A stretch of DNA of 60,824 nt, counting the filler, from Desulfonatronovibrionaceae bacterium (GTDB taxonomy: Bacteria; Desulfobacterota; Desulfovibrionia; Desulfovibrionales; Desulfonatronovibrionaceae), in NCBI GenBank assembly GCA_046539845.1. It is 2 parts of 2 records of this genome, joined end to end, with 100 filler letters (N's around TTAATTAATTAA, not from the genome) between each part and the next. Parts side by side here need not be neighbours in the genome. Positions count along the whole stretch, not along the records: positions 1 to 30,687 come from JBKHGE010000026.1; 1 more part is not named here. One strand, written 5' to 3'. The position numbers and the translations under genes were made by a program. The notes under the pieces are model-generated. The model saw only the letters and a program-made list of their open reading frames with translations. It had not been told where the DNA came from and did not search any database. Positions within the stretch are counted from its first letter, which is position 1; each line of letters opens with the position of its first letter. This document shows, in pieces, positions 11,470 through 19,760 of this stretch.

Positions 11470-11568
11470 CAGTATCTTAATTTTGCCGGTGTAAATAATG
11501 TCCGGCCCAAGCTGATTGATACGAACCTGAAATATTGATTCCCTTGAAACAAGATTGGAGCGAGCTGT

Positions 11569-13266
11569 ATGGAATCCATCTTTGAGTTTTTGAGAAACAA
11601 TCCCTCGATTCTTCTTTTTGCCGCCCTGGCCGGCGGATACGCACTGGGAAAAGTAAAGGTGAAAGGTTTTTCCCTGGGCGCGACCACCAGCGTCCTCCTG
11701 GTGGGTATCGCCCTGGGCGCGGTCATCCTCGGGCAAAACACGCATTACGACCTGGGTATACTAAAGACGGTATCCTTCGCGCTCTTTATCTTCGGCATAG
11801 GCTACAAGGTCGGACCGGATTTCATAAGCGGCCTCAAACGCGGCGGGATGAAATACGTGAGTGTGGGCGTATTCTTCTCCGTGGTCGCCCTGGTCTGCGC
11901 GGTGATACTGGGCCGGGCCTTCGGCCTGGACAAGGGCTATACCGCGGGCATGCTCGGCGGAGCGCTTACCCAATCCGCGATTATCGGCACGGCGGACTCG
12001 GCCCTTAACCATCTGGCCGGGATCAAGCACGGCGTGGAAATGCATCTGCAGTCCGATCTGGCCGTGGCCTACGCCGTGACCTACATATTCGGTACAGCCG
12101 GGCTTATAGTTCTCTTGAAAATCCTGGCCGGAGTGAGCCGGATCGACATGAAAAAGTCCGCGCAGGAAGCCCAGAAAGATCTGGGGCAGATGCAGACCCC
12201 GGAATCCATCGAGGCCTTTCAATGGAATAGCATCGCCGCTCCCCGCGCCTTCAGGCTAACCAACCAGGAACTGATCGGAGCCGGTGTATTGGAAACCGAC
12301 GCCAAGACCCTGCCTGAACGCGTTTCAGTGGAAAAAATAAAACGGGGGGAGAAGATAATCGAGGAATTTGATTCCCGGACCTCGTTTGAAAAAGGGGACG
12401 TGGTTCTTCTTCTGGGCATGACCTCGGATATGCTCAAGGCGGGTGAAATGATCGGCACCGAAGTTGACGACCGCGAACTGCGCCGGATTGTCGGGGAAGT
12501 ACTCAATATCTGTTTTACCAATAAGGAACTTGAAGGCCAGACCGTCCAGAAAATCGTGGACGAAAATTCCCGCGGCTGCTTTGTGCGCCACATTTTAAGG
12601 CAGGGGCATGAACTCCCGTTTGGCCTGGACGTGAAGCTGTATCCCGGGGACACGGTGCAGGTAATCGGGGAGAAGAAACAGGTTGATAAACTGGCCCAAA
12701 AAATCGGCTATCCGGAACGAGATTCAAACGTGACCGACTTGGTGGCTGTGGGCATCGGCATCATCCTTGGAACCCTGATCGGGCTCATCTCCATTCCCAT
12801 CGACGGTATCCCCCTTACCCTGGGGGTCGGCGGGGGCGTACTCATATCCGGACTTTTCTTCGGCTGGCTTAGATCGCTCCGACCGACATGGGGAACCATC
12901 CCGTCCTCGGCCCTGTGGATATTCACAGATCTGGGGCTTAATCTGTTTATCGCCTGCGTAGGCATATCGGCCGGACCCAAAGCAATCCAGGCCCTGCAGC
13001 AGGCCGGAGTGGAAATCCTGATCGCCGGGATGCTCTTGACCACGATCCCGCATGTCTTGACCTGGCTGTTCGGGAGATACGCGCTTAAGCTGAATCCGGT
13101 CCTGCTCATGGGCGCCATGACCGGCGCCGGGACCTGCACCGCGGCCATGAACTCGGTCAAGGAAGACTCGGGCAGCGCCGTTCCTGTAATCGGATACACC
13201 GTTCCCTACGCCATAGGCAATGTCCTGCTCACGGTCTGGGGGGCGCTCATTGTCCACCTGGCATAA
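11569..13266 (+). CDS. aspT: aspartate:alanine antiporter
   Basis: AAE family duplicated TM domain (GYKVGPDF, GALTQSAIIG, GYTVPYAIGNVLLT) around a cytoplasmic TrkA-C region; directly downstream of aspD. Confidence 0.92.
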   Translation: MESIFEFLRNNPSILLFAALAGGYALGKVKVKGFSLGATTSVLLVGIALGAVILGQNTHYDLGILKTVSFALFIFGIGYKVGPDFISGLKRGGMKYVSVGVFFSVVALVCAVILGRAFGLDKGYTAGMLGGALTQSAIIGTADSALNHLAGIKHGVEMHLQSDLAVAYAVTYIFGTAGLIVLLKILAGVSRIDMKKSAQEAQKDLGQMQTPESIEAFQWNSIAAPRAFRLTNQELIGAGVLETDAKTLPERVSVEKIKRGEKIIEEFDSRTSFEKGDVVLLLGMTSDMLKAGEMIGTEVDDRELRRIVGEVLNICFTNKELEGQTVQKIVDENSRGCFVRHILRQGHELPFGLDVKLYPGDTVQVIGEKKQVDKLAQKIGYPERDSNVTDLVAVGIGIILGTLIGLISIPIDGIPLTLGVGGGVLISGLFFGWLRSLRPTWGTIPSSALWIFTDLGLNLFIACVGISAGPKAIQALQQAGVEILIAGMLLTTIPHVLTWLFGRYALKLNPVLLMGAMTGAGTCTAAMNSVKEDSGSAVPVIGYTVPYAIGNVLLTVWGALIVHLA

Positions 13267-13342
13267 AAAGCGCATTCAATTGTCGCCTGATTCAATTCCG
13301 AAAAGATCCAGACTTCCGGACTTTAAAACATAAGGAGGCCGC

Positions 13343-14494
13343 TTGCACAACAAAGGTCTATTATCCCCTCTTGTTTGTTTGTTTTTTACGGCCGCCATTG
13401 GCATAGGCATGTTTTCCACCGCCCTGGCCGGTTCAGAAACCCCGGCAAAAAAAGTGCTGCATAAACTGAAAAACTCCACGCCCAAGACCTCCACAGTGGG
13501 CTCCAATCCCGACCTGCCCACCGTGGCCATCATATCCACCGGGGGCACGATCGCGGAAAAGACCAAATCCAAAAACAAAGGCGCTGTCCCCTCTGTTTCC
13601 GGATCGGAGCTGGTTGCCGCAGTCAAGGGCCTGGACAAGATCGCCAACATCAAGGTGGTAAACTTCTGCAACATTGACAGCTCGCAAATGGAGCCGGAGA
13701 TATGGGCCGAACTGAGCAAGGAAGTGGATAAGATACTGAAAGACCCAGATATCAAGGGAGCGGTGATAACCCACGGCACAGATACCATGGCCATTGGCGC
13801 GTACATGCTGGATATTACGCTCAACACCGACAAACCCGTGGTCTTCACCGGGGCAATGAACGACGCCTCCAGCCTTGATCCGGACGGTCCGGCCAATATC
13901 CTGCACGCGGTTCAGCAGGTATGCTCTGAAAACGCGGAAAACTGGGGAGTTACCGTGACCCTGAACAGATATGTAAGCAGCGCGAAAAACGTGCGCAAGA
14001 CACATACGACCAACCCACAGACCTTTAAATGCGGACCGGCCGGGTATCTCGGGTATGTGTTCAACGGCCGCGTAATCCGCTATAATGAGCGCGGTCCCCG
14101 CCGCCATCTACCCGTACCGGATAAACTGCCCCAGGTGACCTACGTTGCCACCTACTCCGGCGCAAACGGGGAGTTAATCCGCCATGCCGTGGATAACGGT
14201 GCGAAAGGATTGGTCGTTGACGGTCTCGGTGCGGGCAATGTGAACGCCGCCACCTTTGAGGCCGTTAAATACGCCCTGGATCAGGGAGTGGCAGTGATCA
14301 TCTCCACCCGGGTCTATCATGGGGGATTTCAACCCATTTACGGCGACCAGGGCGGTGGACAGACACTTGTGGATCAGGGCTGCTTGATGGCCCCGGTTCA
14401 GCTTACCGGTCCTAAATGCAGGATTCTGCTCATGCTCGCCCTGGGGAATTATGGGAATGACTCCGAAAGATTAAACAGGATTTTTGCCCGCTGA
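13343..14494 (+). CDS. ansB: L-asparaginase type II (exported)
   Basis: STGGTIA and THGTDT catalytic Thr motifs, DGPANI, GLGAGN; signal peptide ending ALA; TTG start after AAGGAGG. Confidence 0.88.
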   Translation: MHNKGLLSPLVCLFFTAAIGIGMFSTALAGSETPAKKVLHKLKNSTPKTSTVGSNPDLPTVAIISTGGTIAEKTKSKNKGAVPSVSGSELVAAVKGLDKIANIKVVNFCNIDSSQMEPEIWAELSKEVDKILKDPDIKGAVITHGTDTMAIGAYMLDITLNTDKPVVFTGAMNDASSLDPDGPANILHAVQQVCSENAENWGVTVTLNRYVSSAKNVRKTHTTNPQTFKCGPAGYLGYVFNGRVIRYNERGPRRHLPVPDKLPQVTYVATYSGANGELIRHAVDNGAKGLVVDGLGAGNVNAATFEAVKYALDQGVAVIISTRVYHGGFQPIYGDQGGGQTLVDQGCLMAPVQLTGPKCRILLMLALGNYGNDSERLNRIFAR

Positions 14495-14499
14495 CTGTA

Positions 14500-14537
14500 A
14501 AAAAATCGCCCGCCTGAAAACAGGCGGGCGATTTTTT
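14500..14537. terminator. bidirectional intrinsic terminator between convergent ansB and glnK
   Basis: 17-bp perfect inverted repeat AAAAAATCGCCCGCCTG-AAAA-CAGGCGGGCGATTTTTT. Confidence 0.9.
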
Positions 14538-14560
14538 ACGCTCTCTCACTCAGAACTGCA

Positions 14561-14902
14561 TCAGCCCATTGCCGCCGGACCGGTCTCCTCGGTGCGGATG
14601 CGCATGGCCTCAGCCACTTCCAGGACAAAAATCACCCCGTCACCCTCGTTTCCGGTCTGGGCACCCTTTTTAATCGCCTCCAGGGCGGGCTGGACAAACT
14701 CATCATTTACTCCGATCTCCAGGCGGACCTTTTTCAACAGATTCACCTCCACGGCCACTCCGCGGTAAGTCTCGGTAAATCCCTTCTGACGGCCGCTGCC
14801 CAATATATTGGTTACCGAGAGATTGTAAACATCCGAGGCGTAAAGCTCCTGCTTTACACTGTTTAATTTCTCCGGTCGAATATAGGCTATTATCATTTTC
14901 AT
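14561..14902 (-). CDS. glnK: nitrogen regulatory protein P-II
   Basis: IRPEKL, GSGRQKG, YRG, TGNEGDGVIFV and RIRTEE motifs; co-transcribed with amtB. Confidence 0.92.
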   Translation of the reverse strand: MKMIIAYIRPEKLNSVKQELYASDVYNLSVTNILGSGRQKGFTETYRGVAVEVNLLKKVRLEIGVNDEFVQPALEAIKKGAQTGNEGDGVIFVLEVAEAMRIRTEETGPAAMG

Positions 14903-14922
14903 TTTGTTAATCCTCCAAACAG

Positions 14923-16299
14923 TTACTCGTTGCTGAAGACCTGAAAACCGCTGTAGGACTCCATACCGTGTTCACTTATATCCAGTCCCTTTAGCTCCTC
15001 GGCTTCGCTGACCCGGATGCCGAACACCTTGTCCGCGATCTTGAATACAATGTATCCGGCCGCAAGGGCCCAGATCATGACTGCGACTACTCCCAGGGCC
15101 TGGACCAGAAGCGGCTTGATCCCGCCGCCGTAAAACAGGCCGGACATAGACCCGAAACCCGGGGCGGCGAAAAGGCCAACGCACAAAGTCCCGAAGGCCC
15201 CGCAGACCCCGTGCACCGATACTGCGCCCACCGGATCGTCCACACGCAGGACCTTGTCTATAAATTCCACGGAAAGGACGCAAAGCACTCCGGAAAAGAA
15301 TCCGATGATTATGCTTCCCAGAGGCGAGACCTCGAAACATCCGGCGGTAATCCCTACCAGCCCGGCCAAGGCGCCGTTAAGGGAGATGGAGACATCCGGC
15401 TTGCCGAATCGGACCCAGGCCAGAAGCATGGCCCCAATCACTCCGGCGGCCGCGGACAAATTGGTGTTCAAGGCGATATAGCCGATACTTCCGTCCGCTG
15501 TAGTCGTACTGCCCGCATTGAATCCGAACCAAGCGAACCAGAGAATAAAGACACCCAGGGCACCCAGGGGGATATTGTGCCCGGGGATGGCTCGGGCCAC
15601 TCCGTCCGGAGTATATTTTCCTCTCCTCGGCCCAAGTACCCAGGAGCCGACCAGGGCGATCCAGCCGCCTACCGAATGAACCACCGTGGAGCCGGCAAAG
15701 TCGGCAAAACCGAGGTTCTCCAGCCAGCCACTGCCGGCCTCGCCCAGCCACAGGCTGCCCCAGGCCCAGTGCCCGGATATCGGATACACCAAGCCGGTGA
15801 CCAAAAGACTGACCAAAATATATCCGGAAAACTTGGTCCGCTCAGCTATCCCTCCGGAGACAATAGTGGCTGCCGTGGCTGCGAACACACTCTGGAAAAT
15901 CACAAAAGTAAGTGTCCAATTCCCTTCCGGAGTACCGGGAATCACCCCGGCAAGTCCGAAGCCGCTGCTGCCGATTATCCCGGCCGCGTCCGCTCCGAAC
16001 ATAAACGCAAACCCCAAAAGGAAAAAGGTGATCGAACCCACGGAAAAATCCAGGGCATTTTTCATTAAAATGTTGCCTGCATTCTTGGCTCGGGTAAACC
16101 CAGCCTCAACCATGGCAAACCCGGCCTGCATGAACATGACCAGAATGGCCGCGATCAGGGTCCATAAAATGTTCCCGTGCTCCTGGGACAAGAACTCCCC
16201 GGCCCGAGCGGCCGTGGGCAATAGGGTCAGAGCAAACCCTGCTCCGAATACGTTCACGAGTTTACGTGCTCTCCTTCCGACAAAATTGTAGCCATCCAT
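14923..16299 (-). CDS. amtB: ammonium transporter
   Basis: MQAGFAMVEAG, DFAGSTVVH, WFGFNAGS and DDPVGAVSVHG motifs; ATG at 16299 after GGAGGTG. Confidence 0.96.
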   Translation of the reverse strand: MDGYNFVGRRARKLVNVFGAGFALTLLPTAARAGEFLSQEHGNILWTLIAAILVMFMQAGFAMVEAGFTRAKNAGNILMKNALDFSVGSITFFLLGFAFMFGADAAGIIGSSGFGLAGVIPGTPEGNWTLTFVIFQSVFAATAATIVSGGIAERTKFSGYILVSLLVTGLVYPISGHWAWGSLWLGEAGSGWLENLGFADFAGSTVVHSVGGWIALVGSWVLGPRRGKYTPDGVARAIPGHNIPLGALGVFILWFAWFGFNAGSTTTADGSIGYIALNTNLSAAAGVIGAMLLAWVRFGKPDVSISLNGALAGLVGITAGCFEVSPLGSIIIGFFSGVLCVLSVEFIDKVLRVDDPVGAVSVHGVCGAFGTLCVGLFAAPGFGSMSGLFYGGGIKPLLVQALGVVAVMIWALAAGYIVFKIADKVFGIRVSEAEELKGLDISEHGMESYSGFQVFSNE

Positions 16300-16329
16300 A
16301 AAGACACCTCCGTTGTTTTTCCTTTGCCT

Positions 16330-16345
16330 TGCAAACAACGGTCCA
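16330..16345 (-). promoter_or_regulatory. sigma54 -24/-12 promoter of amtB-glnK
   Basis: Minus strand TGGACCGTTGTTTGCA = GG-N10-GC, about 30 nt upstream of the amtB start. Confidence 0.7.
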
Positions 16346-16410
16346 CGAAAATAACTCGCTGAAATAACAGAACTTAATGTTAAATCGCCTAAATACCAGA
16401 GAGGGCACCT

Positions 16411-16475
16411 TACATTTTTGAAATTTATTGCCCTTCATAATCCGATAATAACAGGCATTATATCACAAATTTGTA
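16411..16475. promoter_or_regulatory. two putative enhancer (NtrC-like) sites upstream of amtB
   Basis: TACATTTTTGAA (16411-16422) and CACAAATTTGTA (16464-16475), resembling TACA-N4-TGTA, which also occurs upstream of glnA. Confidence 0.5.
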
Positions 16476-16619
16476 TTTTTTTAGCGCGGGGAACCAAACC
16501 GCCAGAGGGAACTACGCTAAGCAGCCTAATGCAGGACCATCAATGCAGGCTAATCACCGGGGTCGGCCGGACAAAAAAATATCCTTACCGGGGAGGACTG
16601 TATTTTTTGCAAAAAATAC

Positions 16620-16649
16620 TTGACAAGCGGACAAAAGCTTACTTATAAG
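16620..16649 (+). promoter_or_regulatory. sigma70 promoter of the aromatic supraoperon
   Basis: TTGACA (16620-16625), 18-nt spacer, TATAAG (16644-16649); predicted +1 falls at about the leader ATG (16657). Confidence 0.65.
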
Positions 16650-16656
16650 CGGCCTC

Positions 16657-16746
16657 ATGCAAAGCACAACCTTCAACTACAGCTTTTTTTGGTATTTTTA
16701 TTTTACAAAGGCCTGTGGTCCGGAGGTTGTGGTGCACTGTAGCTAA
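16657..16746 (+). CDS. aromatic amino-acid attenuator leader peptide MQSTTFNYSFFWYFYFTKACGPEVVVHCS
   Basis: Translated by hand (too short for the ORF track): 9 aromatic codons within 11 (5 Phe, 3 Tyr, 1 Trp), between the promoter and a terminator upstream of aroA'. Confidence 0.85.
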   Translation: MQSTTFNYSFFWYFYFTKACGPEVVVHCS

Positions 16747-16768
16747 AAGTCAGGTACCATAAAACACC

Positions 16769-16806
16769 AAAGGGCCGCAGGCGGAAGCCGGCGGCCCTTT
16801 TTTATT
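16769..16806 (+). terminator. attenuator terminator upstream of aroA'
   Basis: AAAGGGCCGC-AGGCGGAAGCCG-GCGGCCCTTT followed by TTTATT; its 5' arm can instead pair with 16711-16721. Confidence 0.85.
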
Positions 16807-16863
16807 GTCGTCTTCTTCCGGGCCGCGGGCAAAAAGCCGGGCCGAAACCAAGGAGGACACAAG

Positions 16864-17664
16864 ATGCAACAGGGAAAAGCAATCCGGCTGGAAAGGATCT
16901 TTGACCGCAACACCGGCAGGGCGATCATAGTCCCTTTGGATCATGGCGTGACCATCGGTCCGGTTTACGGGCTGGTGGACCTGAAAAAAACCGTGGACAA
17001 GGTGGCCGAAGGCGGGGCCAACGCAGTGCTCATGCACAAAGGACTCTCCCGCTGCGGCCATCGCGGCCACGGCCAGGACGTGGGGCTGATAGTCCACCTT
17101 TCGGCCAGCACCGCCCTTTCTCCCCATCCGAATACCAAGACCCTGGTGGGCGGAGTTGAGGACGGCATCAAGCTCGGCGCGGATGCAGTCTCCATCCACG
17201 TAAATCTGGGAGACGAAAACGAGCGCAACATGCTCAAGGACGCCGGACAGGTCTGCTCCCGGGCCAGCGACTGGGGAATGCCGGTTCTGGCCATGGTTTA
17301 CGCCCGGGGACCGAAGGTGGAAAACGAATATGACCCCAAAATGGTCGCCCATTGCGCCCGGGTGGGCGAAGAATTGGGTGCAGACGTGGTCAAAGTGGCC
17401 TACTCCGGAGACGCAGAATCCTTTGAACGGGTGGTGGACGCCTGCTGCATCCCGGTGGTCATTGCCGGGGGAGAAAAAATGGACAACAACAGGGATCTCC
17501 TCAAAATGGTCCAGGATTCCATCCAGGCCGGAGGAGCAGGCCTGTCCATCGGCCGGAATATTTTCCAGCACGACGACCCCACTCTTTTGGTCCACGCCCT
17601 GAAAATGATTGTCCACAACGACGCCGAACTCCAGGAGGCCCTGGATATCCTGCAACCCAACTAG
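16864..17664 (+). CDS. 2-amino-3,7-dideoxy-D-threo-hept-6-ulosonate synthase (AroA', class I aldolase family)
   Basis: [31 protein letters not shown] and GRNIFQH motifs; paired with DHQ synthase II. Confidence 0.88.
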   Translation: MQQGKAIRLERIFDRNTGRAIIVPLDHGVTIGPVYGLVDLKKTVDKVAEGGANAVLMHKGLSRCGHRGHGQDVGLIVHLSASTALSPHPNTKTLVGGVEDGIKLGADAVSIHVNLGDENERNMLKDAGQVCSRASDWGMPVLAMVYARGPKVENEYDPKMVAHCARVGEELGADVVKVAYSGDAESFERVVDACCIPVVIAGGEKMDNNRDLLKMVQDSIQAGGAGLSIGRNIFQHDDPTLLVHALKMIVHNDAELQEALDILQPN

Positions 17665-17676
17665 GACGATTGTAAA

Positions 17677-18651
17677 ATGGACAAAAAAGTATACTTTAGC
17701 GCCGTACCTTTTGACAAAGAGCTGGTCACGATCGCTTTGGAATCCGGAGCAGACGGGGTGATAACCGAGGCCAAGGACGTGGACAAGGTGCGTTCCCTGT
17801 CCCGGGTCGAGGCCCTGGACAAGAGCAAATTCCGTTTTTTGCAGATAAAGTCCAAGGATGACGAAAAGGCAGCGGTCAATGCGGCCAAAAAAGGGGAAAA
17901 AGTTGTCTTGAGGCACGGTGTGGAGATCATTCCGGTGGAAAACATCCTGGCTGAAAGCGGGGATGTGGGCATGGAGGTGGCCACGGCCGAGGAGGCCGCA
18001 ACTGCACTGGGCATTTTGGAAAAAGGTGTGGCCTTTCTTGTGGTCACCGCGGACAATGCCCAGGGCATCAAAAATTGCCTCGCCGCGGCCAAACAGACAG
18101 CCGGAACCCTGGAACTCTCCCGGGCCAAGATCACCGAGATAAGACCGGTCGGGCTAGGCCATCGCGTATGCGTGGACACCATCTCCCTCTTAAATACCGG
18201 ACAGGGGATGCTCGTGGGCAATTCCAGCGGGTTTACCTTTTTGATCAACGCTGAGACTGAATCCAATCCATACGTGGCTCCGCGTCCTTTCCGCATCAAC
18301 GCGGGTGCGGTCCATTCCTACGCTGTTTTGCCGGGGGACAGGACCTGTTACCTGGAGGAGCTCGGCCCGGGCGACGAGGTGCTGATCGCCGGTCCCAAAG
18401 GCGAGACCCGGATCAGCTCTGTAGGCCGGCTCAAAACCGAGGTCAGACCCATGCTTTTGGTCCGTGCGGCCGGGGCAAAGGGCGAGGGCACGGTCATCCT
18501 GCAAAACGCTGAGACCATCCGTCTGGTGGATCCGGACGGAAAACCGGTCAGCGTGGTCGACCTCAAGCCCGGAGACGAGATCTTGTGCCGCTGCGACACA
18601 GCCGGACGCCATTTTGGAATGCGTATCCAGGAAGACATCCGGGAAAAATAG
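17677..18651 (+). CDS. 3-dehydroquinate synthase II (AroB')
   Basis: GHRVCVDT, RPFRINAGAVHSY, LQNAETIRL and GRHFGM motifs. Confidence 0.93.
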   Translation: MDKKVYFSAVPFDKELVTIALESGADGVITEAKDVDKVRSLSRVEALDKSKFRFLQIKSKDDEKAAVNAAKKGEKVVLRHGVEIIPVENILAESGDVGMEVATAEEAATALGILEKGVAFLVVTADNAQGIKNCLAAAKQTAGTLELSRAKITEIRPVGLGHRVCVDTISLLNTGQGMLVGNSSGFTFLINAETESNPYVAPRPFRINAGAVHSYAVLPGDRTCYLEELGPGDEVLIAGPKGETRISSVGRLKTEVRPMLLVRAAGAKGEGTVILQNAETIRLVDPDGKPVSVVDLKPGDEILCRCDTAGRHFGMRIQEDIREK

Positions 18652-18669
18652 CCCCGGACAGGAACTATC

Positions 18670-19758
18670 ATGGACGACACCCGCTTCGATACAGTCAGAA
18701 AAAAAATCAACGCCACCGATGAAAAGATCCTGGAACTCTTGAACTCCAGGGCCAAACTGAGCATGGAGGTGGGGCGGATAAAGGCCGGGTCCGGGACCAA
18801 CGTGTTTAGACCGTTCCGGGAAAAGGACCTCCTGCAGTCGCTTGTTGAAAAAAACCCCGGTCCGCTTCCGGCAGAGCATCTGGTGAACATATATACGGAG
18901 ATACTCTCCTCCTCCCGCCGCCTGCAGAGACCGCAGTCCGTAGCCTATCTGGGTCCGGAAGGCACCTTTTCCTATCTGGCCGGGGTGGAATTCCTGGGCA
19001 AGAGTTCGGAATTCGTGCCCATGAACTCCCTTAGGGACGTATTCGCGGCTGTATCCGAGAACCGCACCCACCTCGGGGTTATCCCCCTGGAAAACTCTTT
19101 ACAGGGCAGCGTGGGGCAGAGCCTGGACCTTTTTTTGAGTTTCGAGCTGACCATCCTGGCCGAGCTGTTCTGCCGCATAAGTCATTCCCTTCTGGGCCGG
19201 TCCTCAGGACTCAAGGAAGTGGAAAGGGTTTACTCCCATCCCCAGGCCCTGCAACAATGCGCGAACTGGCTGCGGTCCAACCTCCCGGAGGCCAAATTGG
19301 TTCCGGTCTCCTCCACAGCCGCAGCCGCACAGGAAGCGGAAAAGGATGAACACGGCGCTGCCATCGGACATTTCAAGCTGGCCAGCCAGAACGACCTGGA
19401 GATCATCCATTCCGGTATAGAGGACCTGCCGGACAACTGGACCAGGTTCCTTATCCTGGGTCGGGAACCGACCGAGGACCAGGGTAACAGGGACAAGACC
19501 TCGATTCTGTTCACCCTCCCGGACAAACCGGGCTCCCTGGTCCGGGCCCTGCAGGTCCTCTCCGGCCGAGGCATAAATATGACCAAGCTGGAGTCCAGGC
19601 CCTTGCCGTTTGAAAAATGGAAATATGTGTTTTTTGCTGACGTGCAGTGTGATCTGACCGCCGGGGAGTACAAGAAGATGCTCGAGGAATTGAACTCCGC
19701 CTGCCATTCCATGCGCGTTCTGGGCAGCTACCCTGAGGGCAAGCAGGTCAGGTTCTGA
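18670..19758 (+). CDS. pheA: chorismate mutase / prephenate dehydratase (P-protein)
   Basis: N-terminal AroQ domain, YLGPEGTFS, PLENS, SHPQALQQC, NWTRF, and ACT domain with TKLESRP. Confidence 0.96.
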   Translation: MDDTRFDTVRKKINATDEKILELLNSRAKLSMEVGRIKAGSGTNVFRPFREKDLLQSLVEKNPGPLPAEHLVNIYTEILSSSRRLQRPQSVAYLGPEGTFSYLAGVEFLGKSSEFVPMNSLRDVFAAVSENRTHLGVIPLENSLQGSVGQSLDLFLSFELTILAELFCRISHSLLGRSSGLKEVERVYSHPQALQQCANWLRSNLPEAKLVPVSSTAAAAQEAEKDEHGAAIGHFKLASQNDLEIIHSGIEDLPDNWTRFLILGREPTEDQGNRDKTSILFTLPDKPGSLVRALQVLSGRGINMTKLESRPLPFEKWKYVFFADVQCDLTAGEYKKMLEELNSACHSMRVLGSYPEGKQVRF

Positions 19759-19760
19759 TT

